Source: Octopus sinensis
Taxonomy: Eukaryota
DNA: 64,000 bases
Direction: 5' to 3'
Assembly (NCBI RefSeq): GCF_006345805.1
Contig: NW_021831828.1
Span: 1-64,000 of the forward strand
Within the stretch, counting starts at the first letter, position 1. The number at the start of each line of letters is the position of its first letter. Below, piece by piece: positions 13,372 through 28,555 of the stretch. The position numbers and the translations under genes are program-made. A model generated the notes under the pieces. That model did not search any database. It was not told where the DNA came from and saw nothing but the letters and a program-made list of their open reading frames with translations.

Positions 13372-13493
13372 TGAACAACAAAAACTGATAAAAGTCACGA
13401 GATGGATTTTTCCTTACTTATTCTTTAATTTTTATATAAAATTTAAATAAATAAATATATGCTCATTTTATTTAAAAAATTTCATAAAATTGT

Positions 13494-15104
13494 TTGAAAC
13501 AAGGTGACCCCCTTGGTCCATTACTCTTCTCCATGGGCGTTAACCCAACAGCACACGCCGTAAAATCACCGCTCAACGTTTGGTATCTGGATGACATTAC
13601 TATTGGTGGTCCTGCTCACCAAGTCATCTTGGATATCGAATCAATCGCTTTAAGTCTGAACAAAATTGGATTACAGTTGAACCCTTCAAAATGTGAGATC
13701 ATAAACCTCAACGCCAACGAGGAAGATTTCGCGACTATAGTGGAAAAATATCACTCAGTCTTACCGGGTGGTATTATAACCAGGAAAGGGTCGCTTGAAG
13801 TCTTAGGATCTCCCATTTTTTCGGAAGGAATCGAGAAAATACTGTCCGGAAAATTATCCACTTTTGAGTTTATGCCAAGCAGGCTATCCATCCTGGACGC
13901 TCACGAAGGGTTTTTCTTGTTGAAAAACTTCATATCACTCCCCAAGCTACAACACGTTCTCCGCTCTGCCCCCTGCTTTATAAACCCTGAACTTCTCAAA
14001 GAACTGGAAACAGGGCTGAAACACAGTGCCGAAAATCTCTACAACATTCGTTTTGACGAAGCCTCGTGGACCCAAGCCACGCTTCCAATACGATTCGGAG
14101 GCATTGGTCTCCGCTCTCCAGCAGATATTGCATTACCCGCTTTCCTCTCTTCTCGATTGTCGTGTGACTCACTGGTGGTTGCTGTTCTCCCCCTTTCCAC
14201 TGAACGCAACGCATCCTCCTGGTATCAGATGGCAATCGAAATTTGGTCGAACAAAGGCCTCAAGACACCTGCTAACTCATTCTCACAGAGATGTTGGGAC
14301 GACCTGCATTCTATGTCAATTTACCACCACTTGGAAGAGGTCTCTGATCAATCTCGTCTTGCATGCCTTAGAAGCGCTTCACAAAAACAATCCGGAGCGT
14401 GGCTCAATGCATGTCCTATCCCTTCAGTCGGAAACAAACTGGACGACGAGACATTGCGAATTGCAATCTCCTTACGCCTTTGCATGAAGATCTGTCGCCA
14501 GCACCGCTGTAGTTGCAGGGCTTCCGTTGACGAATTCGGACGGCACGCTCTCTCATGCAGACGCAGTGCAGGCCGGTTTCCAAGACATCACGCAATGAAC
14601 CTAATTGTCAAGAACGCTTTGCATGCAGCTGGTTTCCCGGCACAGCTGGAGCCTCCTGGTCTCATCCGCACAGACGGAAAAAGACCTGATGGGATAACAA
14701 TCTTCCCGTACACCAACGGGAAGTGCCTTGTTTGGGACTGCGCCTACACCGACACCTACTCAGAGACAAACCTGATCGCCTCAGCCTCCTCTCCAGGATA
14801 TGCTTCACAGAACTACGAAAAAATCAAAAAATTAAAATATTCAGAGCTCAAGGACAGGTTCATAGTTCAACCGATTATTGTGGAGTCATCTGGAGTCTTC
14901 GGTCCGGAATCAATCTCTTTCATTAGGAAACTTGGATCCCTGATCTCGGTTCAGACGAAAGATAGAAGGGAGACCGAATGGCTGTTTCAACGCCTTTCAA
15001 CAACCGTTGTCAGGGGTAATAGCCACGCTATCCTTTCTGCTCTTAAGCAACCTTAATTAACTTATATTTTCTTTTCAAATAAATATCATTAAAATAAAAA
15101 AAAA
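13494..15104 (+). mobile_element. 5'-truncated CRE-clade retrotransposon (RT + CCHC + RLE), uninterrupted 520-aa ORF
   Basis: QGDPLGPLLF, WYLDD, RHHAMN, GKRPDGIT, LFQRLSTTVVRGN; short 3' UTR with A-tail; possible TSD AAAATTG. Confidence 0.92.
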
Positions 15105-15129
15105 ATTGATGGATATTGTTTGATTGTTA

Positions 15130-15600
15130 CTAGAAGATGCAGACGATCTAGACAGCTTTCGAAAAATCGGAATTTCAAGAAGAATGTGGAGGTTTAACAA
15201 AATTGTCCAACAAAGTTTCGCAAATTCGACGAGAGGACTATGACTTTCTTATTGTTATGGATGTGCGAATAATAAGAAAATGAATAGTGTTGTTTATCAA
15301 TAAATAATCTTTCTATTTCGGGATCTTTGATAAAAGGAACGCCCTAATATCATGCACAACATGCAGTCTCTCACGATAAACTGATTTTAAATTGAACAAT
15401 GATCAACATCCTTGTTTGAAGAGATATGTATTGAAAACAAAGGAAAAAAATCAAGTATATAAAATCCAAGTACAAATTTCTGTTTATGTTTTCATTGTGT
15501 TTAAATATACAACTTTTATTTATCACGTACGCAGATAGTTGCGCGACAACAGTTGGGCCCATAAAAATTGAGGACCGATAACGGAGTTTTTACTTTGTTC
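15130..15600 (+). mobile_element. Possible pogo/Tigger remnant
   Basis: Degenerate CENP-B-HTH-like stretch (NNLSISGSLIK) and a Tigger-like end GATAACGGAGTTTTTACT. Confidence 0.3.
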
Positions 15601-15805
15601 ACACGTCCATAGGAGACAGTATTCAAATGATCTTGAGCGATTTCGTGATGATTTTGTATGTGACCAGTTGTTCATTGTCAAGCATGCACGTGCGCTTCTT
15701 TCGGAGACGACCGTCGCGAGACGAGCTCGCTATTCCAAAGAATTTCCTTTGCCATTCTTGGGGGCAATTTAAAGGCAAAGTTTTTAACAGCGGCATTGTC
15801 TAGTT

Positions 15806-16413
15806 CAGGGTTTCCCAAACTTTTTCTTTCACGACACTCCTAAAAATGTTAACTTTATCCTTGGCACCCCTAAATAATATTTTAAATAAATATTTGTTAA
15901 AAATTTGACGATTTTGCTGACTCACAAATACATAGTTCCTTGCGTAATTCAATCAGATGATTTAGAACCTTGCCAATTGATAACTATCTAACTTCAGCGT
16001 GCAGTAATAATCCTGTATGAGAACCGCCCATTTCATCACATAGATTTTTAAATAATCTCGTATTTTGTGGTCGTGCCGCAAGATGAGAAAGACTTATCGT
16101 TTAGGCCGGAACACATTTTATTATTATTTTTTTGTGAAAATCAAGACAGAAAGAGAACATTTTACCAAAAAACTAACTAATTCAAACGAAGTCCCCTCTT
16201 GTCCCTTTTTTATTTTGTAGTGTAGCCAATGAAGACATCCGGTTCCGCAGTGAGATGACTGATGGCGGCGTCACTCGTCACGCCGGGGTCCATATTAGAT
16301 GCATGGAACCTTCAGTGAGATTCAATAAAATAATTTTTTGAATTTTTTGCGTCACCCCTAATAAATCACCGCAGCATCATAAGGTGCCGCGGCACCCACT
16401 TTTGGAAACGCTG
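15806..16413. mobile_element. hAT (Buster/Charlie-type) MITE, 608 bp
   Basis: TIRs CAGGGTTTCCCAAA and TTTGGAAACGCTG; perfect 8-bp TSD GTCTAGTT (15798-15805 and 16414-16421). Confidence 0.88.
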
Positions 16414-16478
16414 GTCTAGTTAGTTAAGCGCCCTTTTGCGTAGCCCACAAAGGGTTTCGTTTGAACCACGCATTTCCA

Positions 16479-17230
16479 CTATGCCGCTTCGATTATGTCT
16501 TTGATATTTTCAAAAAGCCGCTTCGAGATATATAATGAATAGAACAGGGAATCTCCTTGTGAGTGACAATATTGGTGCCAAATTTCATTGAATGCTTTAT
16601 TCAAATTCTCATCAGAAAGCAATAGACTTATTAATCTTAGAAAATCCTTGTCAAGTAGTTTCTTTAGGATATTCATGAGTTTTTCTCTGTTAGTGATGTC
16701 GAATGCATTTGTAGGATTTGGAATACTTTTGAGTATTTTTGACATATTGAAATAAGGCATATATGACACCATACGACATCTGAGGTAGACCTTCTACTTC
16801 AGAACCAACTTTAACTTTTAGAGAGGTATTTTTCCACAGGCTCTCGGATATTGTTAAGCTCTATGATCAATGAAGTTTTTCTGATAGTTGAAAGTAAGAT
16901 AATGGCCCTTATTCCATCCAGTGACTTTTTTTCCAGGTTTGTGAATTGAGATTAAGAGAACAGTGAAGTTCCAATGACTTGTTCAATATGTCGGTGATTA
17001 TATTCCTAACAATAACCGGAACATGTTTTAGTAACTCGCTAGGTATACAATCATAGCCAGTTGACCGATTGCTTTTGACGTGTATGAATGCATCTGTAAA
17101 TTTTATTACTGTAAAATTGTTTATATAGCTCCTACGGAGGTACTTTACTGTAAATAGGTACTTTGACATCTGTTAAAAACACTTTAAGTGGTATTTTAAA
17201 GTCTGTTAATAACACTGTTAAGGTCGATTA
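16479..17230 (-). mobile_element. RTE-like RT N-terminal fragment, decayed
   Basis: NRSTGYDCIPSELLKH, AFDITNREKLMNIL, QGDSL. Confidence 0.7.
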
Positions 17231-17859
17231 TGATAATAGCTTTAATTTTGATTAATGGTCGATAAAGATATATGGCATTTAATTTTATAGTACACACACA
17301 GACAGCTCGTATTGAATGCTGATATGTAGATAAACAGTCATCTACATCCCTTTTCACAATAATATCGTCATACCTTTCAACAGAAGTCAGGGGATTTTAG
17401 GAGTGATTCTTGATATGCATCTCTGCTTTTCTCCACATGTAGATAACATACCTCTGATATGCGAAAAGAAAATGGTTAATCTGGACCTCCTTGAATATGA
17501 AAAAGTGGTTCTCATTCGAAAAGAAAATGATTAATCAAGGAAGCTTAATCAAGGCCGTCCAGATTAATCAAACATTGGTGGTATAGAAACAAATCTGAAC
17601 TTCAAAATGCTGCTCTATGTGGCTGTAAAACCGACTAGTCGCCCGGTGTGGTCTCGTGCAGGTTTGTGGGAAGAAGATGATCTCGCTTGTGAAGTGCATC
17701 GGGATCACGTGACTCATTTGTTCTGTTTTTACCGTGGTCTTAATGTAAATAAAAAATTTTTATACATTCAATTAATCAATTAAAGCTACAATTATAACTA
17801 AATTCAATAAAACAACTATTACAATGACCTAATTATTGACTGTTTATTGGATTAGGAAT

Positions 17860-19010
17860 AGAGGCAATAAAGATTCTGAATAATAATTTTATTAATTCTA
17901 TATTAAAATGTAAGCGAATGTTATTATGAAAACACTTCCTCTTTCAACTGAATTATCTCCGCAAATGCATCAGCCAATTCGTCTTTTAGTTTTTCGTAGT
18001 TAGAACAAATGTCAACTTTGCCGGAATAATTCCAACTCAATCGTTCCACCAATTGATTTAACGATTTTAACTGAGTTTTCCTATCTTCGAGGGACGACTC
18101 CACGACTTGGAGATCATGTGTTAGTTGTGCGACAATATTTGTCAGTTGAACTACTTTTGCTTCTTTAATAACTAATTTGTTCATAGTCTCAACACAGTGT
18201 TTGTCGAGTTGATATATGTCTCGTACTGGAAACTGTTTCTTCATGTATTCCACTTTGTTATTAGCAACAACCAACTTTCTGTTGGCATTGCATAACTGTT
18301 CTTGGAGAATGGACATCTTTTCTTGAGCAAACGCTGCCTCCACGCGTCCACAGTGAGCTCTAAACCTGATTAACAACAATTTACTCTCTATTTTTTATTT
18401 TCTCTTCTAAAACAGCATTTTTTCGAACAAGATTTAAATTTTGAAAAGAAAGCTGTTTCTGTCGTTCCAAATATTCCTCAATTTTTCGATTTAACAAGAT
18501 TTTTTCCAGTTTATACAAAGAGTGTGATTTTTCCAGGATATTTTCAACATGTGAGAATCTTTGTTGTAAAATAATAAGTTTTTTGCGAAATGAATCCTCA
18601 ATTTCTCTGTTGTGGTTAAAAAATGAACGAAGAAAGTTGTCAATTCCCGAAAGACGAACATTTAGAGATTCAATAATCTTTTGTACTAAAAAATACTTAA
18701 AATGAAAAATTACAATCAATTTTATTTACAGTCTTGGTTTTGTTTTCATCAAAAATGACCTGATTTATATATACATTTTTGTTTCGTTCTGAAGAAAAAT
18801 CAACCTTTTGGGCAATTTGGGTCGAATTCTTCGAATTCTGTCTTTTGTTTTTTTTCTTTTTTTTCACTGCATGCTTAATTTTTGTTTTGTAATCTGATCT
18901 ATTTAAAGGTTATCAAAAGATATTTACTTTAAAAATCGGACAATATAAACAAAGGCAATAAGCAAAGTAAAAGCAACCAAAAGGACTAATAACGGCGACT
19001 CTGATAACAT
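17860..19010 (-). CDS. N-terminal TM anchor + Lys-rich + coiled-coil protein (kinectin/RRBP1-like topology); 3' end approximate
   Basis: Spliced start MLSESPLLVLLVAFTLLIAFVYIVRFLK|SDYKTKIKHAVKKKKKNKR; coiled-coil exons 18381-18719 and 17924-18379 separated by micro-introns. Confidence 0.55.
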
Positions 19011-19299
19011 CTATTAAATTTTTTAATTGATTAAGAACAAAAATAAGTAATGAAAATCTGAAAATTATCAAACTAATTCACATTGGATTTAAATATTATA
19101 TTAAGAAAAAAGTAAATAATTTTTTATTAATTTTAATATTATTTTATTAAATTTGCTATTTTAAAAAAACTGAAAAAATATCTGACAAAGAAATAATTGG
19201 AAACACAAAAGTACAATATGGTCACAAATTCTGACAGCTTAGTTTTTGAGCATATTAGACAAAGCTCATTAGCTCTCTTCAAGGCTATTCCATTCAATC

Positions 19300-19800
19300 T
19301 TGATTTGTTAGATATATTTTTTAAAAGTACTTCAAAATGTTATGTCAGTTGACTATCGGTACTCTGTCAATATATCATTGATCTTATGTCAATCATTAAT
19401 GCTACAAATTTGATTAGGATTGGATTTAGTTGTAAGATTCCTTAACTTTTCAATCAGTAATGTCATTGGCGAGCGTACACGTACACTTCTTTAGGAGATC
19501 AGAATATGAATCTCCATTAAGCCAGCGCCTTTATCCCCAACCGACGAGAACTATATTTTCTCGTCCAAGTTTGATATTATAAGTCTGATAAGATGTGAAA
19601 TTGACCTTCAAGATTTGTCAGGATGAGGAAAACCGATTAAGCACGTCTTATTTTATAGCTTTGTATTTAAGATTTTCTAAGATTACTAGTTTATGGAACT
19701 AAACCATTCATTTATGTTGATAAAGACATCAACCTTCATTGCCAATTATAATTGTTTAAGAAAATATTCTTATATTTTCAAACTCTTCCAATTATGTAGA
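19300..19800 (-). mobile_element. Possible Penelope-like RT remnant
   Basis: Only a degenerate DKG motif (KLGRENIVLV..GDKGAGL) is recognisable. Confidence 0.25.
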
Positions 19801-20065
19801 GATGCTTCTCTGTGATTCTGTTTTGGGCGAGTAGAAATACTTTTTTGAAGTCAAATTTTTGGTTAGAGAGGAAATCCTCTGGCCATTAATCTTCCTCATA
19901 CACTAAAAAAATATCAAGAATAGTTTTTGCAGCAGAAGAGTTAAAATAATTAAAAAATTATTTAAATAATAGTTTAATATATTTATACTTAATTTAAATA
20001 ATCAATTATCACATAACTTGGTTGTTTGTGCAAAGTATGTCATGATTATTTATCTGTTAATTAGA

Positions 20066-20623
20066 ATGGCAAGCAAAAAAACTGTAAAGAGACCTCAAAA
20101 AAGACAACAAAGGAGCACATCTAACATATTTGCAATGATTGAGCCTGATCAAATAAAGCGTTTCAAAGAAGTTTTTGGAATAATTGACCAAGATTCAGAC
20201 GGAGTAATATCAAAAAATGATCTAAGGAACACCTACAACAATCTCGGTTGAAATATTTTAGTTTATTGCCCAGGGTTGACACCTTCTGACGCGGATTTGG
20301 AAGAAATGCTAGCCGAAGCTCAGGGAAATCTTAATTTCACGATGTACCTGGCCATGTTTGGTGAAAGACTGAAGGAGTCTGACCCTGAAAGCGTGATTGC
20401 GACTGCTTTTGCCTGTTTGGACAGCGAGGGGACTGGATATGTAATGGAAGACGACCTGAGATCATATTTGACCACTATGGGAGACAGAATGACCGACGAG
20501 GAAGTTTAATTTCATATTCTATTCAAGATTGACGTCATACTCCGAGATGCCAAAGTCAAAGACGAGAAGGTGTACTACAAAGAGTGTGCTGCTATGCTCA
20601 AGCAAGGACGAAAGGACGACTGA
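20066..20623 (+). CDS. Myosin II regulatory light chain (MYL9/sqh-like)
   Basis: [10 protein letters not shown] phosphorylation motif, EF-hand [27 protein letters not shown]; introns 20247-20273 and 20504-20527. Confidence 0.93.
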
Positions 20624-21569
20624 ATGACTGTTTAATACTAATAAGATATAGTTTCATTTGGTTAATTATTTATTAATCAACCTATTTGTTCATTTTATAG
20701 AAATTGCGGTTTTAATTAAGGTTATAATCGAATATTTTTAGATTATTGATATTTATTGGTTTATCCTAGAACGGAGTCCTAACGATATTGATTTGTGATT
20801 CTCGACATTTAATTTTTTATCGATTAAATTTAGTATTTTTATAAAATCGATAGGCTAAAAATTATACTATGTTTAATGACAGTTAAGTGCTCAAAAAAAG
20901 CATTTTGTTAACTTCCAAGAAACATAAAATTTCCGTTGGTAAGTATTTGATGATATAATAAATTTTTTGACAATGTATTGCCATCAAAAATTGGATGAAT
21001 CAGAAATTGATAGCTGGGATTTGAAAGTAAGGCCTTTTTGAAATGTGACATTCCATTAACTAAATTATTGATGTCTTTGTTTACCGATTTATTCAAATGC
21101 AACCAGATTCCACTTCCTTCACAATCACTAGCTAAAAATTGTGCTAAATATATTGCTAATTAATATATGGATTCGTTTACAATCAAATTCAAGTATTCCA
21201 TCAAATTTTATTTTATAGAACACAAAAAAATTTTGCGATAACCGATGAGACTCAAATCCCAAACCAACGATATGTCGCGGGTTTGATGAGATTAATCAAA
21301 CTCCCTAAAATTACTTATTTGGTGTCATTCACGCAAATTGATTATGCACCTACAAAAATATTATAGCGCAGATTGTTGATGATTGAAAGACTACTTGCCG
21401 GAAGCCTGAAAGACTCGTAAGAATCCTCTGTGCCCGGATGGTCTTTAAGAGAACTTGTTGCTCACTATAATTGTGGTTAGCATTGAGACACTTTGGTGTC
21501 TTTTTTTATTTCCCCGTTAACGATTTTTCCTTGTTCTTTGCGCTTTAGTTTTGTGAACAATAAAAACAA

Positions 21570-22150
21570 TTCAATGTGAGCGAATTCTTGGGGAAATTAG
21601 GATTGGAATTAAATTTCTCCAAGTCGGCGATTAATTCACGATTATATGACGATTTGATCAAATTCTTGGAGGATCGCGGTGGTTATAAGTACTTCGGGAT
21701 CACAGAGAGCCTCAAATCGCTCATACTATCTGAAACTAAGATCCAAATATTAGGGGGAGTGCAGAAGTAGGCAGCAATTTTATGTAAAACTAGTTTAAAT
21801 GCTAGGACATTATCCCATGCATTGAATAAGTATGCAATTTCATTGATTAGTTATTATGTGGGTATTGTGGACTTTGAGCCACATGAGTACGATGATATGG
21901 ATTGTATGATCCGTAGAATACTAAAAAAAGACCAGGTTCATGTGCTGGCAGCCAATAAGGAGAGGTTATATCCGTCACGTGCTAAATTTGAAAGGGAGCT
22001 CTGTGGAGTGGCCCATTGAAATGAGTGTATTTTTTAAAGATGTATGATCACCTGTACGCGATCTTGCATACCGAAAAGTCACGAGCTAGTCACCCTGGAA
22101 CCATGAAGTCATATTTATTGGCTAAGTACGGTTTTACGATTGAACAAGTA
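21570..22150 (+). mobile_element. R4/Dong-like retrotransposon fragment (RT C-terminus/thumb), decayed
   Basis: GLELNFSKSAIN..GYKYFGITE..LCKTSLNAR..AISLISYYVG..ANKERLYPSR. Confidence 0.75.
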
Positions 22151-22159
22151 TCAGATGTA

Positions 22160-22660
22160 AAGGGGTTGATCTGCTTTACAGATGGCATACTTACTGTAGA
22201 CATCAACGACGGTAAATATCCATTTGTAGCCATCATTTGAATCATTAAATTTTTTAATGTTTATAAGGTCAGGTTGAAATCGTTTATTTGGTCTTTTAAA
22301 AATCACATGGAATCTAGATCGGAAACCTGCATTAATTCTATACTTTAAGTGGAATAGAAAACTTACAAATTGAGCATTTGTTGACAATTGGTTCTATAAT
22401 TTTCCGCTTTATTGTAAAATAAGAGTGTAAAAATTCCCGTTGCAGTTGACAAATTCCAGGAAGGCTATTTCGATGAATAAAATTTTCCATAGTTTGCATT
22501 TCACTCTCATTATCCATGCAAGTAACTAGTTTGTGATTTTGAAATCTTTTGCTTTTAAGGTATAAACTTTCGTCTCGAATCCGCTCAATGTATCAATAAA
22601 ATATAAAGACAATATTCGTTCCAATATTTCCCAGGGCCATCAGTTTAATTTGAAATGGAT
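22160..22660 (-). mobile_element. Integrase fragment (H2C2 + start of rve), Ginger-like
   Basis: IHRNSLPG..IVNKCSIC followed by RFQPDLINIKKFNDSNDGYKWIFTVVDVYSKYA. Confidence 0.7.
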
Positions 22661-22704
22661 TGAATATCTTAAAACATTTAGTTTTTCATTATACTAACTT
22701 TCGT

Positions 22705-23470
22705 AGACAAAAAAATATTCACCACACGAAAAGAGTTAGAGACGAGAAATATTTCGAAGCAATCATGAACTAATTGATCAAAACAACTTGAAGTACGAAA
22801 GAAGAGAGACTTCATATACTCCAGGGATCAATCAATTTGTGGACATGGTATCTCATCACTTCTCTAACTAATCAGGAATTTGGAGAAATACATAAAGGAT
22901 CTCATTTTGACCTCAAATTACTCAAATTTCAAGAATTTAGTTTCAAACCCAAATTTGGAGATAATTATGACGTTCCAGTCAACTTTAGTTGGGTGAATCG
23001 TAATGTTGTCACTCGTGTTAAAGATGAAGGAAAATGTGGATCCTGTTATATATTTGGAGCTGTATTAGACACTAATCAATTCGTAGTTGGGAAGTTTTGA
23101 AGGCAAATTCGCTATTAAATACGGCAAGCTTGTTAGCTTCAGCGAGCAAAATGTACTGATTGGAACGGACGAATGTCGTGGGGCACCGAGGTGAGTGTAT
23201 TTAAATACATAATGAAAAATGGTAGCATCGACACCGAAGAAATGTACTTTTACGGAGCCAGGGTGTACTATCTCATATCAATCTTTAGAGTTGGTTCTGC
23301 AGATATAGAAAAAATGTTGTAAAAATGATTGGATTTAAAACATTCACATCAGAATTTGAGTTATTGAAAGCACTGATCAACATTGGGCTGATCACTGTAG
23401 TTATCTGTAGCTCAGATTTATCATTTCAATTATATCAAAAAGGTAATCTTAAATGTTCTAAATTAAGGAG
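22705..23470 (+). pseudogene. Cathepsin L-like cysteine protease pseudogene
   Basis: I29 propeptide (RREIFRSN..GINQFVDM) with a stop; VTRVKDEGKCGSCYIF; KLVSFSEQN. Frameshifted, and flanked by an integrase fragment and a CRE insertion. Confidence 0.75.
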
Positions 23471-23499
23471 TTACCCACTTTAAAATTGGTCTGGTCATT

Positions 23500-24830
23500 A
23501 ATTCCAGCAAGTCTGAGTTTTTCAATCTTTTTGTTGAGCCATTTATGTTTAAGAACTCTCTTTTCTGCGGATTCCTTCCTTAGTTGAGACAGACACCTCT
23601 GTCTGATCTGGAAATTCTGGGGTCACCGATTCTCGCCGACTCAGCTACACGAATCATCCTCGCCAAAAAATCTTATCGCATCTATTTGTGAAAAACTTTC
23701 TGTCATTGATCCTCATCCTTCATTCTACATCTCCAAGAACTATCTTTTGATCCTAAAAATCATTTATATACTGAGGAGCTCTTCTTGTTTTTATGTCACG
23801 CAGGTGCTGGAATCTTATGATACCTTGATTCTGAGTTCTGCTGAGAAAATTCTTAATGTGCATTTCGATGATATTGGCTGGTGTCAGGCTAAACTTCCTG
23901 TGAGTCACGGAAGTCTGGGCCTCCGTTCCAGTCTGGATTTGACTCTTCCTGCCTTTCTTTCTTCGACGTCTGGATTATATCTCCTTGTCCAAAAGATTCT
24001 GGAAAAAACTACTGAATCATCGTTGGACTTTGATATTGATTTGGCCCTTGCACTTTGGAAACAAAATTTCTCTAAACTCCTTTCCGATGTCATTTCTCAG
24101 CAGGATTTGGACAAAATTCTTTGCCGTCGATCTTCAGCTGACTTGAACCGCTACTCTAACAAAACAGACTGGCCTCTTTCCGTTCCTCCTGTCAGCAATA
24201 CTCAGGCTCCTGGCTTAATGTACTTTTTCGTTTTGGATACTGTTCTCGATAGGGATTCACTCCGTTTGGGTATTTGTAATCGCCTTGGACTCCCTGTCTG
24301 CAGACCTCACCTCTGTCGTTGTGGGGCTAAAGTTAACGCCCTTGGGGTACATCCTCTGTCTCCGAATGAGTGCCGGCCGATTTCCTCGGCACACTGAAAT
24401 TAAAAATCTAATTCACAAAACTTTGGAAAGAGCTGGTTTCCCTTCAGCTCTGGAACCGACGACCTTGAAGATGCAAAACGTCCCGACGGCTGTACAGTTT
24501 TCGCTTTTGAATCCGGGAAGCAGCTTGTTTGGGACGTCACTTGTGCCGACTCTTTCGCCTAGGGAGCCTTGAATTCCATGCCTTGTCGACCCGGTACGTC
24601 GGCTTAGAAGGCCGAATCCACGAAACTGATGAAATACGAGGATTTACGCGATCGATTTTGCCTTTGGGCAATTGCCGTTGAGACTTCCTGTGTTTTTGGG
24701 GCCAAGAAGCTTGCTCATCTGAAGAAACTTGGGCGTCTGTGCACGCACCCATCGCTCCAGAGATCCCAGGGAATTTATATTCCTTATTCAGAGGATCTCG
24801 CTGGCTGTTTTACTGGGGAATTGTGGTAGT
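23500..24830 (+). mobile_element. CRE-clade retrotransposon fragment, frameshifted
   Basis: ILGSPI, QAKLPVSHGSLGLRS, AGRFPRH, KRPDG, AVETS. Confidence 0.85.
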
Positions 24831-24845
24831 TAATACAGTAAACTA

Positions 24846-25930
24846 TTGTATTGCACAATGTCTGATATAACACAAGCAAAACAATCATACGAACTATCTA
24901 TTATGTCTTTCAATGTAAGAGGCCTTAAATCGACTTGGAAACAACATGCACTATCTGAGGACAGGAAGAAATACAGGATCTCGGTTGGATGTCTACAAGA
25001 AACCAAAGTGAAGCTCGGGGATGAGCAAGTTTATGGGGACTATCGCCTTATTCTGCTGCCCTCTGAATGCGGACACTATGGCCAAGGCTTTGTGACACAC
25101 AAACACTTATCTACTTGTATTCATCGCTGCTGGAGAATCACCAATCGAATATCTGTACTACAAATAAATACCGGACACAAATCCGGAATGCTTTCCATCA
25201 TTAATGTTTATGCTCCTCAAAGCGGCAGGATCGCCAAGAATCTCGACGAACTAGACTCCTTTTACGAGGAGCTAGCTAGGACACTCACAAGTCTGGAGGA
25301 TTTGTCCATTCTATTCATCGCCGGGGATTGGAATGCCACAGTTGGCATCCGCTCTGGGGACGAGCAGTTTATTGGCAGATATGGCCGTGGGTACAGGAAC
25401 CTTCCGGGCACTCTTCTGGCCCATTTCTGTGAGACCTTTTCACTATTTTTGTGTAACACGGCTTTCTGCCACGCTGCACGACATCGGACCACATGGACTG
25501 GAAGTAGAACAAATGGGGCTGGTGAACCTACATCAATCTACAACCAAATCGATTATATTCTTTGTCGACAGACCGATAAGGCAAGAACACATGGGAATTC
25601 ATTATGAATGGTATCCATACGGCTGCTGACGAGCACATCGGGAAGCAACCAAATAATAGTCAGTCCGGGAGATGCTGCCACCCAGATGTTCGGGCGAAAA
25701 TCGTTGAGCAAAAGGACCTAAAGCTCAGAATCGAAAACAAGAACGATCATAATGACAAACAGGCACTGAAGAGGAAACGTGCCAGAATACAACGACTCAT
25801 TAAGAAACTAAACCGTCAGCACACTCGCGACACTCTGGAAACCCTTCTAAACGAAATCGAAGGGCTCAAGAACGGCGCACAAATGTTTCAGGCCATGCGT
25901 CTTCTCAAAAGAAGAAAAAACTCTCTCTAA
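24846..25930 (+). mobile_element. RTE-like LINE 5' part (APE endonuclease), internally deleted
   Basis: FNVRGL, CLQETK, INVYAPQS, GDWNA, NQIDYIL. Confidence 0.85.
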
Positions 25931-25999
25931 TTTGCCATTTTTGGTTCCTGGCAAATTTCAGAATAAAATTTTTATTTAATTTTCTAATTAATTTAAAAG

Positions 26000-26600
26000 G
26001 AAATATTATTATTAACCAAGGAATTTAAAAAAATTAAATTTTATTAAAGTAATTTTCAATTCCCAATCGCCTTTTCATAGAATTTTTAATATTTTCTTTA
26101 TATCATCTTATTGAAGTAATGAATTCCGCATCATTGTCATTTTCAATGTTTTCTAGAAGGCTGTTTTCAATCTTTCTTAATTTGTATAGCATTTCAGCCT
26201 TGCTTAATGATTTATGTACTTCTACACAACCCGATTCTTCTTGTTCCTCAATAGAAATTAATTTCTCCTCATCATCAATTGCCTCCTTTGTAATCAATTG
26301 AAATAAATTCTTCTATTTAAATTGGATCATAAATATCTTTTTTGCTTACAATGTCAGCTGGTATATTTATGTCAAAATTCTTAATCCAATTCGCAAAAAT
26401 TGATGCTGTTATCCAAGCCCTTTTGGAATTGTAATAACAAACAAAGGAATTATAATCATAATTCTTGAAACATCTGGGCAATTTTGGTTTCCCGATCAAT
26501 AGTGTGTGTTCCTGACACATTGGCACACAACATGACTGAGACTCTATCTTTGAAATTTTTATATCCATCAAACAAAAAATGTCATTAGAAAACAGAATTA
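26000..26600 (-). mobile_element. pogo/Tigger (TIGD-like) transposase remnant
   Basis: LLIGKPKLPRCFKN..YYNSKRAWITASIFANWIKNFD. Confidence 0.75.
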
Positions 26601-26929
26601 TAGAACACCGCCATAAAATAAGTAGAAAAAGGAATTCATCTTTGCATCAAACCAGCTTGTGAAATTGAAAAAGCACTGTAAAAAAATCAGGCAAAAAAAA
26701 GACAGAAAGAAAATTCAACGAAAACGGGGTGAATAAAATCAACAGAGATGGCCAAGTAACAAATAAAGTATTAAAGCCTAAATTAAAACATGTCCGGGCA
26801 AGTTTAGTTTGCAATCTCAAATTAATTTTAGTAAGTCGGCAAAAAATCTCCAAATTTTCATAAGAAACAAATTATTTTATTGAACGAAAATGTTAGTATC
26901 CAAACAAAAAGACAATGAATAATTAAATT

Positions 26930-28108
<1,179 letters not shown>

Positions 28109-28555
28109 CAGCAAAATTAAAATTTTGATATTCTATTTAATGTTGGATTAAACAGTATAAATAAAATTGTTTTAATTGAATATAATTCAATAATTTTATG
28201 TCGAAAATGCTTAAAACACAGTAAAAAACCAATTTAAGAGACAGAAGCGAATAAATTTATATTTTTTGGAATGGCGAAAACAAATTTCACTTTTGATGCC
28301 AACTATGCATTTAAAAGTAAACAGTGAGTGAATACAGTCAGGATGCCTCCATCAACTTTCCCATATCTGACTCTACAAATAACTGACATCGTTTTCAGAA
28401 ACCTTCCCAAACTAGAATAGTCTGAGGATTCTCGGCTGCTTGTAGTCGATGGGAAGCCTCGTTTTGATTCGAGGCTGCTCTGATTTCTTGTTTTTGCTTC
28501 TCTGACAATTCTAATTTCGGTCCCACTCTTTTTTTGCGTTTTGTAAATTACCCCT

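Noticed and set aside
20908-21300. Possible P-element/THAP9 transposase remnant
   Set aside because: Only a vague resemblance (ASDCEGS..IFDGNTLSKN); no TIRs found.
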